The notes below the pieces were generated by a model. The model was given only the letters and a program-made list of their open reading frames with translations, was not told the DNA's origin and did no database searches. DNA of 64,000 nt, taken from NCBI RefSeq assembly GCF_009914755.1, contig NC_060929.1; one strand, given 5' to 3'. Below, in pieces: positions 13,350 to 25,645 of this stretch; the stretch's first letter is position 1; every line of letters begins with the position of its first letter. The position numbers and the translations under genes were made by a program. The stretch comes from the human T2T-CHM13v2.0 reference genome, Homo sapiens.

Positions 13350-14370
13350 ATAAATCTTAGTTATAACATGCAAAAAATAAATAAATAAAAGAAAGCAATA
13401 TAAATTATACTTGATTAAAAAATAGAGCTTTTTCCTCAAATACGTGATTGTTGTAACAGAATAGGAGAAAGTGTTTGTAATATGCATGACTGATAAAGGA
13501 CTTATGTTGATAATATAAAAAAATTACAACTCAATAATAAGAAGATAAATTAATTAAAAATTGATAAAAGATATAAACAAACAGTTCACTGAATTATATA
13601 CTCAAAAGCCAATAATCACATGACAATAATCATATGACAAATTAAGCATTTCTAGTCATCAAGAAAAAGCAATTCAAAACCCAATTGATATATTAATGAA
13701 TATTCATTAAAATGGATACAAATAAAATATGGACAATATAAAGTGTTATGAGAATATTGAACAACTGTAACTCTCATATACAGTCTCTATGGAAAATATT
13801 TTTGGCAGCTGCTCACAAAAGTAAGCATGTATTTACCTTACATATATATATACACACACACGGTTCATGCAAAGGAAATGAAAGCATGTGTGTACACAAA
13901 GGATTGTACATGGATGTTCATAGTAGCTTTACTCAAGATAGCCCCCAAACTGTATATAAACCAGGTGGTCTCCAATAGGGGAATTAATAACACATTGTAA
14001 TATGTCTATAATAAATGGAATATTAAAAATAAATTAAAAGGAAAGAGCTATGGATAAATACAGTAACATCTACTAAACTAAAAATTATGCTGAATGAAAG
14101 AAGATTACATACTGTATTTTTTCACTCAAATAAAATTTAGAAATTACAAATTCTGTTATAGTAAGAGAAACAAATGAGTGTTTTTTGCAGGCCAGTAATA
14201 ATTTGAGGCATGCCTGCAAATGCTCATAAAGAACTTTTTAAATTTCTTGGAACTCTTCTGTGTTGAGTGTGGCAGTGGATATACATTTTTTAAATAATCA
14301 AATAATGTAGCATAAAAATACTACTTATTGCAAAGGAATTATTACCAATTAAAGTTGATAAAAATAAATA
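13350..14370 (+). mobile_element. Old L1ME 3' region, part 3 of the host element
   Basis: Contains ggaaatgaaagcatgtgtgtacacaaagg, aaattatgctgaatgaaagaag and a 3' aattaaagttgataaaaataaa end. Confidence 0.75.
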
Positions 14371-14384
14371 TAATGCAAAAGAAG

Positions 14385-15268
14385 TCACTCTTACTTCCAG
14401 ATCTTGGTTTCCAGACCTACATATTCTAGCTATAAGGAAAAGAGCAACATCTATTGATTCTAGGCTCAAATTATATATTAGTTCCTATAAGATATGACTC
14501 TAGGATTTTTCTATCCTCTCTATATTCTTCAAGTAAATTTTCAGTAGGCCATTACATTGTTTCATCAGGAAAGTTGAGTACCCAAGGAGAAGTCCAATAC
14601 TGGCCTTCTTTTGGTATAAAATGCATTCATTTTTTAAAGCAATTTTGTGTTGGATAGTGAGTATGTAGGCATCCCATAAGTCCACAGATGGTGAAGCTGC
14701 CAGCAACAGTTTGGACAGAAAAATCAAATCCATTGTTTGAATACTTGTCTATTCCAGTAGAAATAAATTGTTGTCTCTCTATAATGGAAGGATTCCAATG
14801 TAATCAACCTGACACTAGATGGATAGCTGCTTCCCCCAAGAGAACAATATAAGTGTGTCACCATTGGTTTATACTGTTGGAAGTGGGCCTTTTAGCATTG
14901 TTAATGACCAGACCAGTCACAGGTACAATCCATATTTGTGATTTTAAGCACAGCTTCCATTCCTACTCTATCTCTACTTATATGTTTCCCTTGAGAAAAT
15001 ACAGGGTGGCTGGGGAAGGAAGCTGATAGACATCCAGGAAAAAATCATGTTGTCCATTTGATACTCCTCTGCAGTGGATGCCTTTGGATGAGGATTCATA
15101 CAAGGAGCAAATAATTACCATCTTTTGACATTTTGAGAGGTCCATCTACATAATTTTTCTCCAGAGGTTTTTGTCATATGAGTTCTAGTCTTGTTCCATG
15201 TGCTCTCGGTCATCCAGTAAAGCGGTTGGCTACTGCTTATAATTTAGAATAGTTCCAAAACTCTGGTT
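14385..15268 (-). mobile_element. ERVL internal pol (RNase H/integrase) remnant
   Basis: Minus strand reads caggttgattacattggaatccttcca (QVDYIGILP), then actggaatagacaagtattc (TGID-YS), matching the HERV-L integrase motif QVDYIGPLP...TGIDTYS. Confidence 0.8.
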
Positions 15269-15274
15269 ACATTT

Positions 15275-15650
15275 CATTGTGGGCAATGTGGGAAAATGTA
15301 CTGCTAGATGTTTTGCTCACTGGAAACATTTCGCATTGCTGCTTTATCACAGAGACACCCCTGATTGGGATTGTAATAATATCAGTAGGAGTAACTAGCA
15401 AGAGAATGCAATTAGAGGTAGGAATTAGGAATGAAGCTAAAGCTATTTCTATTTGCAAAGATAGAGAACTTAAAAAAATGGAAAATGTCCTGAAAACAAT
15501 AGCATGATATAAAATTAGCATACAGAAAACAGTCTACTCAAATATAACCAATTAAATACATAATAAAATAAAATACAATAACAGCAGCTAAACATTTAAA
15601 ATACCTAGGGACAAATTTAACAAAAAAAGTGCAAAACTGTATAAGATGTA
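15275..15650 (+). mobile_element. Old L1 RT-region fragment
   Basis: aagctaaagctatttctatttgcaaagat is KLSLFADD-like, followed by aaaattagcatacagaaaacag and aaaatacctagggacaaatttaac. Confidence 0.6.
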
Positions 15651-15894
15651 ATGCGATAAATGTGACTAATTCAGGCTAATAATTGTGGACAGATGTCAAA
15701 AGAGTCACTTCCAGAAAAAAAGAAGGAATTCTTCATTTCTGGTGCACTCATATTTAGAATCTCTTAGTCAATTGAAATTTCTCAGAGGAAAAATGCAATT
15801 AATAGTGTGGCATTGAGAAAATCCTTTGAATTGAAAAGCATTGCTCAATTGGTAGCCATCTCTATTATTTGATCTGATGCTCACAGGACAGTTT

Positions 15895-16120
15895 CTGTAC
15901 AAATTTTGTTAATAGAATTGTCTGTAATGATGAAATTGTACTATCCTGCATTGTCTAATATGGTAGCAACTAGTTTGTGTGGCTATTGAGTTCTTGTAAT
16001 GTGGCTAGTGTGACCAAGGAACTAAAATTTTAATTTAATTTAATTTAATTTATATAATTTAAAAGCAAATGTAAATAGCCACATGTGGCTAGTGGCTACC
16101 ATATTGGATTATAAGGGGCT
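15895..16120. mobile_element. MER3 (hAT-Charlie) DNA transposon
   Basis: aatatggtagcaactag...aatgtggctagtgtgaccaaggaact...tagccacatgtggctagtggctaccatattgga. Confidence 0.85.
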
Positions 16121-16344
16121 AGACTTAAGACATGAACTAACTAGCATTGTGATGAGATTAAAAGCATAATGGCTCTTAAAGGCTATCTTATCAAAGGCCC
16201 AAATGAGCCCTTTATATACTTTTTGGCAACTCTAACTCTCCATTTTGTGAACAAAATATTGACTGAGAAATCACTGGATAGAGTAGAGATTGGCATGTTT
16301 TCTAAATTTCTTGTGCCTTGATAATCTTCTGTGTTCTAGTATAC

Positions 16345-17368
16345 TTTAAAAATGGCTACAAAACTTTGCCACAACTCACATCATGTGGTAAATCTGTTTT
16401 CTTTCCCTTATTGACTCTGGTCTTAAGCATGTGACTTGCCTTGTCTGATGAGATGCTACTAAACATACTATAAAGCTTAAAAAGAACTTGTGCAATGGGG
16501 TCTGTCCTTTTACCAGTCTTGGAAGTCTTCAGCTGTGAATCAGTTTCACCATGCACTGGTTACCAACTTGCTTGAGCCTAGAAGGGGGAATACCCACATA
16601 CACAAATTACATGAGGTGGATATGTTAACTTACAGATAGTTAGCAAAAAACAACAGAACCCTAGAATGTATGGTGAGCCAGTCTCCCGAGCCTCACGAAA
16701 GCCTCCTGGAGCAGATGGAGTCTCAGCTGTGAGTGTCCCGCTTGTATCACAGCTGAGGAACCCCAGAAAGCAGTCCACCCTGTGTTTCTTATCCCAGGGC
16801 AATGTGGCTTCTGAGCTAAAGCACTGAAGAACATCCTGTTTCTATGAGAGCTTTGGAACAGAGCCAAGTTATTTCAGCCAGCCCCCCCTTATCTTAAGAC
16901 ATTTCATTCCCAGCCCATTTTACAGTTAACCTTGAAAACTACAAATGAGAAAGTAAGAACTGGGTTGCTCCAAGGCCACCCAGGGAACTGTACTGCATTC
17001 AACCAACCTGTGAACCATTCTGTGCCAGCCTAGTGGAGAATCAGGGACCATGTGGAGTAAGACCCCAGTTATTTTAGCTGTCTCGGACAAGACCATCACA
17101 ATTTATTCAGTTCCAGCTGAAAAAGTCCTGAAAACAATAGCATGATATAAAATTAGCATACAGAAAACAGTCTACCCAAATATAACCAATTAAATACATC
17201 TGACTTCTCACAAGTAAACTAGCCAAGTTCAGTTGAGCTGGCTCAGAAGAACCATGAAGCTGACTCCTGAACAGATTGCCAAACCATTAAATTGTAAGCT
17301 AAGTAAATGATTGTCATTTAAGCTTCTATGTTTAGAGGTGGTCTGTTATGCAGCAAAAGTAACTAATA
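16345..17368 (+). mobile_element. MaLR LTR (MLT1G/H-like), split by a MER74-like LTR and a 75-bp insertion
   Basis: Contains catgtgacttgccttg, ccagcctagtggagaatc and the 3' end tgttatgcagcaaaagtaactaata. Confidence 0.7.
16577..16997 (-). mobile_element. ERVL LTR (MER74/MER73/MER54 group)
   Basis: Reverse complement begins tgcagtacagttccctgggtggccttggagcaacccagttct. Confidence 0.7.
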
Positions 17369-17407
17369 AAAATATTTTATTATTTATCTGACTCTTTAAA
17401 CAGATTT

Positions 17408-18238
17408 TCATTTCTTTCTCCTACCTAATGGCTTTGGTGGGGAATTCCAGAACCATATTGAATAAAAGCGGTGAAATTGGGCATCCTTGTTTTGCTCCAG
17501 ACCTTAAAGGAAAAGTTTTCAACTTCTCCCCATTCAATATGATGTGGGCTGTGGGTTTGTTATATATGGTCTTTACTGGACTGAGGCACCTTTTTTCTAT
17601 ACCTAACCAGCTCAGAGTTTTTATTATGAAAGGATGTTGAGCTATATATAATTTTTTTGTGTTTATTGAGATGATCATATGGTTTTTTACCTTAATTCTG
17701 TTGATGTGATATATTACATTTATTGATTTCCATATGTTGAACCAGCTTTGCAACCCAGGGATAAATCTCACTTGATCATAGTGATGATGTATTTAATGTG
17801 CTGATGGGTTAAATTTGATAGCATTTCATTGAATATTTTTGTATTAATGTTAATCAAGAATATTAGCCTGTAGTTTCCCATTTTTATGTATCAGGGTGAT
17901 GCTGACCTTGTAGAAGGAGTTTAGAATAATTCCTCCTTTTTCAATCTTCTGGAAGATTTTGAGAAGAATTCATATTATTTCTTCTTCAAATGTTTGGTAG
18001 AAATCTGCAGCAAAGCCATCAGGTACTGGGCTTTTCTTTGAAGGGAGAATTTTTATTAAAAATTGAATCTTGTTACTGGTAATTGGTCTGTTTAGGTTTT
18101 CTATTTCTTCTTAGTAAGTTGTATATGTCTAGAAATATATCAGTTACAATTATGTTTGATAATTTGTTGGTGTATAGGTCTCTGCAATAATTTCTAACAA
18201 TCCTTTGCATATCTGTGGTATCAGTTGTAATGTCTCCT
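17408..18238 (-). mobile_element. Inverted 5' part of a twin-primed L1MA (RT region)
   Basis: ORF 17421-17771 on the minus strand reads ...KNHMIISI...[26 protein letters not shown]. Confidence 0.9.
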
Positions 18239-19482
18239 GGTACAAAAGCAAAACAAAAGAAATGGGATTATATCACTCTGAAAAGCTTCTGCACACACAA
18301 CAAAGAGAATAATCATCAGAGTGTAAAGACATCTGCAGACAGAAAGAAATTATCTACAAACTATTCATCTGACAAAGGATTAATATCCAGAATACAGAAG
18401 GAACTCAAACAACTCAACAGCAAAGAAAACACAAAAGCAAATAACCTGATATAAAAATGGGTAAATTAAGTGAATAGATATCTCTTTAAAAATACATACA
18501 AATGGCCAATGGGTATATAAAAAATGTTCGACATCAGTAATAATCAGAAAAATACAAATTAAAGCCAAAAATAGATATCATCTCATCCTAGTTAAAATTG
18601 CTATTATCAAAAAGACAAAAATTAAAAAATGCTGGTGAATATGCAGAAAAAGGGAGCTCTTCTACGCTGTTGGTGGCAGTGAAGACAGTATGGAGATTCC
18701 TCAAAAATCTAAAAAAAAAGAACTAAAAAAACCCTTAGTTTTTAGTTTTTAAACACAAACTAAAATATATTAATAGAACCATACAATCCAGTAATGCCAC
18801 AACTGAGTATATATCCAAAGGAAAGGAAATCAGCATGTTGAAGAGATATCTGCACTCCCATGTTTATTACACTATTTGCAATAGCCAAGATATAAAATCA
18901 ACATAAGTGCCCATCAACAGATGAATGGATAAAGAAAATGTGGTATATTCACCCAAGAGAATACTGTTCAGCCAATAAAAAGAACCAAATTTTATCATCC
19001 ATAACAACATGGATGAACTTGGAGGACATTATGCTAAGCAAAATAAGCCAGATACAGAAAAATAAATACCACATGTTATCTTTCAAGTGTGGAAGCAAAA
19101 AAGTCTAATCTCAGAGAAATAGAGAGTAGAATAGTGGTTACTACAGGTGAAGAGGGTGGTCAGGGGGAGTCTGGAGGGTTACACAAAAGTTGATTAAGAG
19201 ATATAAAATTACAGCTAGATAAGAGGAATAAGTTCTAATGTTGTATAGCATTATAGCATGACTGTAATTAACAATAATTTACTGTATATTTTCAAATAGC
19301 CAGAAGGACAGTTTTTAAATGCCGACCACATAAATAAAGGATAAGTGTTTGAGGTAATTAATATACTAATTGGTCTGATTAGATCATTACACATTATATA
19401 TATGTATCAAAATATCACACTCATTCCGTAAGTATGTATGATTATTACATATCACTTAAAATTAAATAATAAAAGTAAAAAA
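18239..19482 (+). mobile_element. 3' part of an L1MA (L1MA6-8-like)
   Basis: KWDYITLKSFCT...SDKGLISRI. 3'UTR aaaattacagctagataagaggaataagttcta followed by an A-rich tail. Confidence 0.9.
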
Positions 19483-19979
19483 GGAGGATTTCAGAAACTT
19501 GGTGAATTAATAGAATTTCTCATGCCCTGAAGTGAATTACCGCTATTGATTTACGAACTAGGTTGCATCTTCTGATATAACTTCTACTCCTCCAAGACTT
19601 TGAAAAGCTTTTAGGTTGAGAATGAACAGCTAAGAAAATGAAGCAAGCAGAGAGGCGGGATCATGGTTTCTGATCTTTAACCTCAGAAATTTTGGCCATT
19701 GGATATATATACATACAGTCACAAGGGAAAAATTAATAGTTTATATTCCTTTGGGTGTTTATCTGAACATAAATTCACAAAGGTATTTAGTCCTTAAATT
19801 TCAATTAGCATGAGAATTTGAAAATAAAAAGTGATTAACATTTAAAATGCTGAAAGTGTTATATTATTATTGGAGGTTCTATTCATTGGAAAATCATAAT
19901 GGTGTCAGTTAACTTACTTTCAACCTACTTGTATGCTATTTTGGACATAATTAGGGAAGGGAAGTTGAATACATTCTCA

Positions 19980-20148
19980 GCCAGGTATGGTGGCATGCAC
20001 CTGTAGTCCCAGCTATGCAAAAGTCTGAGGTGGGAGAATCTCTTGAGCCCAGGAGTCTGAGGCTGCAGTGTGCCACAGTGACATCTGTGAATAGTATAGA
20101 CACTGCCCTCCAGCCTGGGCAACAGAGAGACCCCATCTCGTTAAAAAA
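19980..20148 (+). mobile_element. Alu monomer (FAM/FRAM-like)
   Basis: Single arm retaining the 7SL-derived ctgtgaatag...cactg segment. TSD aatacattctcag (19968-19980) versus agtacattttcag (20148-20160). Confidence 0.8.
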
Positions 20149-20569
20149 GTACATTTTCAGCATTAGTCATAGGATGTATTTGTAGTTATTATAATTAGTG
20201 TATTTTCCAAGATACTTCAGAGCCTTCTGAGGGCTCTATTTCCCACTACAGATCACAGAAGCAACCTAACAGAGCATTAGTTCATAACAGAAAAACACCC
20301 TCAGGGTGCTGTGGCTGCCTTTCCCCAGGGGTGCTCATCTCATGAGGAGACCTGCTTAGGACACCATTGCCTGTGACCGTGAGCTAATCTTCCTAGTTTG
20401 GGAGTTGAGTTAAAAGGCTTATTATCACTTTTTTTTGCCTGCAATTTAGTCATTATCAACAATAAATTTAATCTTTTGACCTCCTCCTCACCTCCTCACA
20501 TTTAATTCCCATAATATCCATTTGTTTCAGAACTTGGTGTATTAATTCTGTTAAGCTAAGACCAAACAA

Positions 20570-20570
<1 letters not shown>

Positions 20571-20609
<39 letters not shown>
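20571..20609. repeat. (GC)5(AC)n alternating purine-pyrimidine microsatellite
   Basis: gcgcgcgcgc followed by about 14 AC units. Confidence 0.95.
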
Positions 20610-20610
<1 letters not shown>

Positions 20611-20619
20611 CACCTCATC

Positions 20620-20880
20620 CTACATATTCAAAGCAAGTTAGCGAGTATCAGTTCTTCATATCAGGACTCATGAAACTCCACGATGGGATCATGTAACTGC
20701 ATCATCTGGAAATCAAAGGTTCTTCAATCACCATGGCAGGTCAAGAAACAGCTTGGAAACCAAGCACTAGAAATGTCATGGTTCAGCTTTAAAGTTACAC
20801 AGATGATTTCCACTCACATTTTATCAGCCAGAAGAGTCACAGGGCCATACCTAACTTCAAAGTAGTGGGAGACATTCACA
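20620..20880 (-). mobile_element. Old MaLR fragment (MLT1J/K/L-like)
   Basis: ttccactcacattttatcagccagaagagtcacagggccatacctaacttcaaag. Confidence 0.5.
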
Positions 20881-23079
20881 ACGTCATTCACAAGGGCTCC
20901 CTTCTTTAAAACACTTTTTTTCCTCCTGCATCTTCTGTAAATTTTGCTAAACTTCAAAGTATATAGCAACCACTGACTGCAGGGAGAGGAGTCTGTGGAA
21001 ACAAGATAAGGTAGTGTCTTCGTTGCTGTCTTCCACTGCCAGTGACACCAATCAGCTGAAGCTGTATTATGTGCTGAGACCAGCTGCCAACATTCAGTTC
21101 AAATGTGGAACACTGGTATTAATATATAGGTGAGGGTGGGTTAAAAAGCAGTCTCCAGATCTCCTGAATGTGTGACTTTGTTCAGCTAGAAACTTTTTTG
21201 GGGTGGCTAGCGTGGCCATGCCTGCACCTTCCTCTTTGACCTCAGAAAAAACCTAGGGCTCCATGAAGCCTGCCTTCATTTCACTGGGGGAACTTTATAA
21301 TCTCGGTAGTGCAAGGTTGGTGGGGGTGGTGGGCCATCTTGGTATCCGTCCTCTGCCTACTTGCTGTGCCGTCTGTCATCTTTCTGTGTCTCCTCTTCTA
21401 TGCCCCAGCAGTTCTAGGTGTAGCCTTTGGATGCCAGGGCTCATTAAACTCCAAAAGGAAATGTGTGTTTTTCTCTTTCTTAGAAATTACACTGCTTGAA
21501 GAGTCCCTCATCACCAAAAACCCTTGCTTTTCCAGAACTGTTTTGTATAATTGTTGACACAATATCGGATGAATTCTGAGGAATTTGGTATTTTTGTTTT
21601 AATTTTTTGCAATTGCTTGCATGAATTATTGCACTATGTTGTTCAGTTATCTGCTTTAGTCACTAAACTTCATGAGGTTAAAAAGATTTCTTATTGCTGG
21701 TAAACATAACAAAATTCAATATATCCTTCTAAGAATGACATTAGAATAGAAATATTTTTAACAACTGGAAATGATTGTATTAGACTGTAAATTTATTTCA
21801 TCCAGTTGTTTAAAATGATGATTGTGTGTCTCAGTGCATTGTCAGTGTTAATGTAAGACTCAAAATTCATTTTTAGGAAGTAGCAAAAACATAGGACTAG
21901 AGCTTTCAGATTGCATCATTAACATATAATATTTATATTTTAAAGCAACAAAATCATCATTGTAAGAAATCTTGAAGCATCAAATCACTATGTGTATCTG
22001 TAATTTAACGGACATTAAGTTGTTAAATATATTTATAAGCTAATAGAAAAATGTGTGGCAGCCTTTACACATTTAATTATACAGAACTGGTACAATATTT
22101 TGAGAACCAAAATAGTGTCACATAAGTTAAAATCTTACAAAAAAAAAATAGAAAAGCTAAAGTGGCAATGGATAAAGTAGGAGAGAGAGGTGAGGAGAAA
22201 AAGAGGCAAGAAATAAAGACAGAGAGAGAGGGAAAGAGAGACTGGAGAAAGGAAGAGGGAGGGAGAGCAAAGGAGTATATGTAGAAAGAGAAAAAATAGT
22301 TTTGTTTTATTACATACAGTATCCTGATTAAGGGATTGGATCCATTATCATCACTTTACCAAAGAGGTTTAGGGAAGTAATTCTGTTTGCTCCACTTGGT
22401 GTTTATTAAAGAGGTAAAAAAGTGATCACACACTACTGTCAGCAAAAATTTAATTGTAGTAAAGCAGTGAAGCTTAAAAGCATTCATTTTCCTTGGCTAA
22501 ATTATCTTCAAACTTGCAAGGGAAATAATCTGAGAGTTTGGTCGGAAGTCTTTGAATGACTGTGAAATAGAGGCCATTTGATTTGTCACAGAGACAGTTC
22601 TCATCTTGAATATGATTGCATTTCTTTATGTTTTGATCAGTAAATCTTGAAACCAGTCCATGTTTCAAAGACCTGTAAAGCTGAGCTTTTGGTGACTATA
22701 AATCAGATATGTAGGGTATGGTTCTCATACCATCATTGCCAGTGTGATTTAAAAATATCTGAAATATTCTAGTCTACCTTTCCACATAAATAGAAGACAT
22801 AAAAAACTTTCATGAAGCCTCAACAGAAAACAGAAAGAGACATGTGCTTCCCTGTTTCTGATCCCTGCCTCTGTTCCATTTCTTCACAAACACACAAATC
22901 CACAAACACACGAAACAGATAGACTCAAGTACACACATATGAGAGAATAATGTTCTTTCTGATTCAATCAAAATCTGGACACAAATTAAATAGGCTACCT
23001 AAGCAAGGGTGACTCTTCAGTTAGTTGATTTTTGTTAATTAACAAACTAGGTCATTTAAGCTAATTTTCCAGGTAACAG

Positions 23080-23940
23080 TGTAGGTTTCCTAAGAGGATT
23101 TCAACTTAGTACGACAAACAAGGATGGCATGAAAAAAAAAAAAACCAGAATTTATTATTTTAAAGTTTTGGATACTAGAAGTCCAAATTCAAAGTGTCAG
23201 GAGAGTCATGACCTCAGAGACGCTGCTAGAAGTGTACAGAATAGTGGAAGAATAGAATTATTCTTGCCCTTCCCTTGTTTTCAGTGGTAGTTGCTAATCT
23301 AATGTGTTCATTACTGAGCTTGTAGCTGCATCACTCCAAATTCGGCTTCTGTTATCACATAGCATTCTCACCTTACGTGACTATTCATGTTGTCTTCCTT
23401 CTGTGCATGTCTTTTGTCTCTCTTCTTTTTCTTTTTTTTTTTTTTTTTCCTTTTTTTGTTTTTTTGGAGACTGAGTTTTGCTCTTGTTGCCCAGGCTGTA
23501 GTGCAGTGGTGCGATCTGAGCTCACCACAGCAACCGCCTCCTGGGTTCAAGTGATTCTCCTGCCTCAGCCTCCCGAGTAGATGGGATTACAGGTGCATGC
23601 CACCATGCCCGGCTAAATTGTTGTAGTTTTAGGAGAGATGGGGTTTCATCATGTTGGCCAGGCTGGTCTCGAATTCCTGACCTCAGGTGAGCCACCCACC
23701 TCAGCCTCCCAAAGTGCTGGGATTATGGGCGTGAGCCACCACACCCAGCCGTCTCTCTTTTTTTTTCAAGGACACCAGTCATATGGGATTTAGTGCTTAC
23801 CACACTCCAGTGTGGCCTCATCTTAAGTAATTACATTTGCAGCAACCCCATTTCTAAATGAGGTCATATTCTCAGGTTCTGAGGGTTAGGGCTTCTACAT
23901 ATCTTTCTGGAGGATACAGCACACTCAATTCCTAATAGCA
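23080..23940 (-). mobile_element. MaLR LTR (MLT1C-like) interrupted by an Alu
   Basis: Contains gaatttattatt...agaagtccaaattcaaagtgtc, aaggacaccagtcatatggg and ctcatcttaagtaattacatttgca. Confidence 0.75.
23425..23750 (-). mobile_element. AluS
   Basis: Full antisense dimer. TSD gtctctctt at 23416-23424 and 23751-23759. Confidence 0.95.
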
Positions 23941-24110
23941 ACTGAAGCTTCTTCTTAAACAAAAAAAAAAAAATACTCTTATTTCAGTTATCATATTATA
24001 AAGTGTTCTGAATCCTATTGGAAACTTTCAACCTCTTTTTTGATATTTGTTGTAATGACTATTAAAAATAGCATAAATTTAACATAGAAATTTAAAAATA
24101 TATTACAAAA

Positions 24111-24425
<315 letters not shown>

Positions 24426-25179
24426 AAAAAAGTATAATGAAAATCACGCATAAAGACTTGTTAATTATAATATTCATATATTTGTATTTATGTAAAAACA
24501 TTTTTTATTATGCATACACAATAATATATTTTATGGTTGTGCAGCATTCAATCCATCCAGTTGTATTCATAATATACACCGACCAGCTGTAAGGTCTTAT
24601 ATTTAGAGTTCTTATTATAAATGCGTATCTATTTTTTCAAATATGACTTACTTTAAGCACTTTTGTAGTCTCTTTGAGACTAAGATATTTGTCTACATTT
24701 TACAGCATTTCTGTTTTTCTCTCTCATGGCTTTTCTTCTCTTTCTCTGATACCTAGCTTAGATTATATATTTATTTCAGTTTTACATTGTCGTTTCTATT
24801 CAGGACTGTGTACGTGCTGTCCATCCTCTCTTCCTGTAGCAGTTTCCCAAACTTTTCATATAACTACTTCTTTCAGGCCTCTACGTAACATTACTTTGTA
24901 GACAAGGCTTTCCCGCCTCCTTGAAATATGGTGTCTCAGTACCTGTATTGTAATAAAACCTATCACACAAATGTTTCTCATTTTATTTTTTGTTTTTAAT
25001 ACTGTAGAGGTAAGGCCTGTGACTCTTCTATCTACCCAGCATTCCCCAGCACTCATAATGTATTTGCTCAATAAATGTTCCTAGATAGTCCCTATTTTGG
25101 GAATTTCACTGTCATCTTTTCCCTTTCCAAGTCTGAATCCTAGAAGTCTACTTTATTACACTCCTTCTCCCTTAAGTGA

Positions 25180-25290
25180 AATATACATGTATACACACAC
25201 ACACATATATATACACACACATATATGTGTGTATAAATATATGTGTATGTAAATATGTGTGTATATGTGTGTGTGTATATATTTATATAT
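25180..25290. repeat. (TA/CA/TG)n quasi-palindromic microsatellite
   Basis: A CA-rich left half mirrored by a TG-rich right half. Confidence 0.85.
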
Positions 25291-25327
25291 CGTTTTTGCC
25301 TCTTTAATATGTCTTCCATATCTCATT

Positions 25328-25645
25328 TGTCTTTCTTTTGAGACAAGGTCTTGCTCTGTTGTACAAGCTGGAATGCAATTGCAAGATCTCAGCTAACTGT
25401 AGCTGCTGCCTCCAGGTCTCAAGCAATCCTTCCACCTCAGCCTCCAGAGTAGCTGGGACTATAGGCATGCCCCACAAGGCCTGGGTAATTTTTCTGTTTT
25501 TCCTTTTTCTTTTCTTTTTTATTTTATAGAGACAGGGTCTCTCTGTGTTGCCCAGGCTGATCTTGAACTCCTGGGCTCAAGAGATCCACCCACCTGGTCC
25601 TCCCAAAGTGCTAGGATTATAGGGGTGAGCCACCCCGCTCAGACC
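25328..25645 (-). mobile_element. AluJ
   Basis: Antisense dimer with AluJ-type ctcctgggctcaag and tagagacagggtctc. Confidence 0.9.

Noticed and set aside
22474-22680. Minus-strand 64-aa ORF preceded by an acceptor-like ctttacag
   Set aside because: No recognisable protein similarity, a weak pyrimidine tract and no partner exons.
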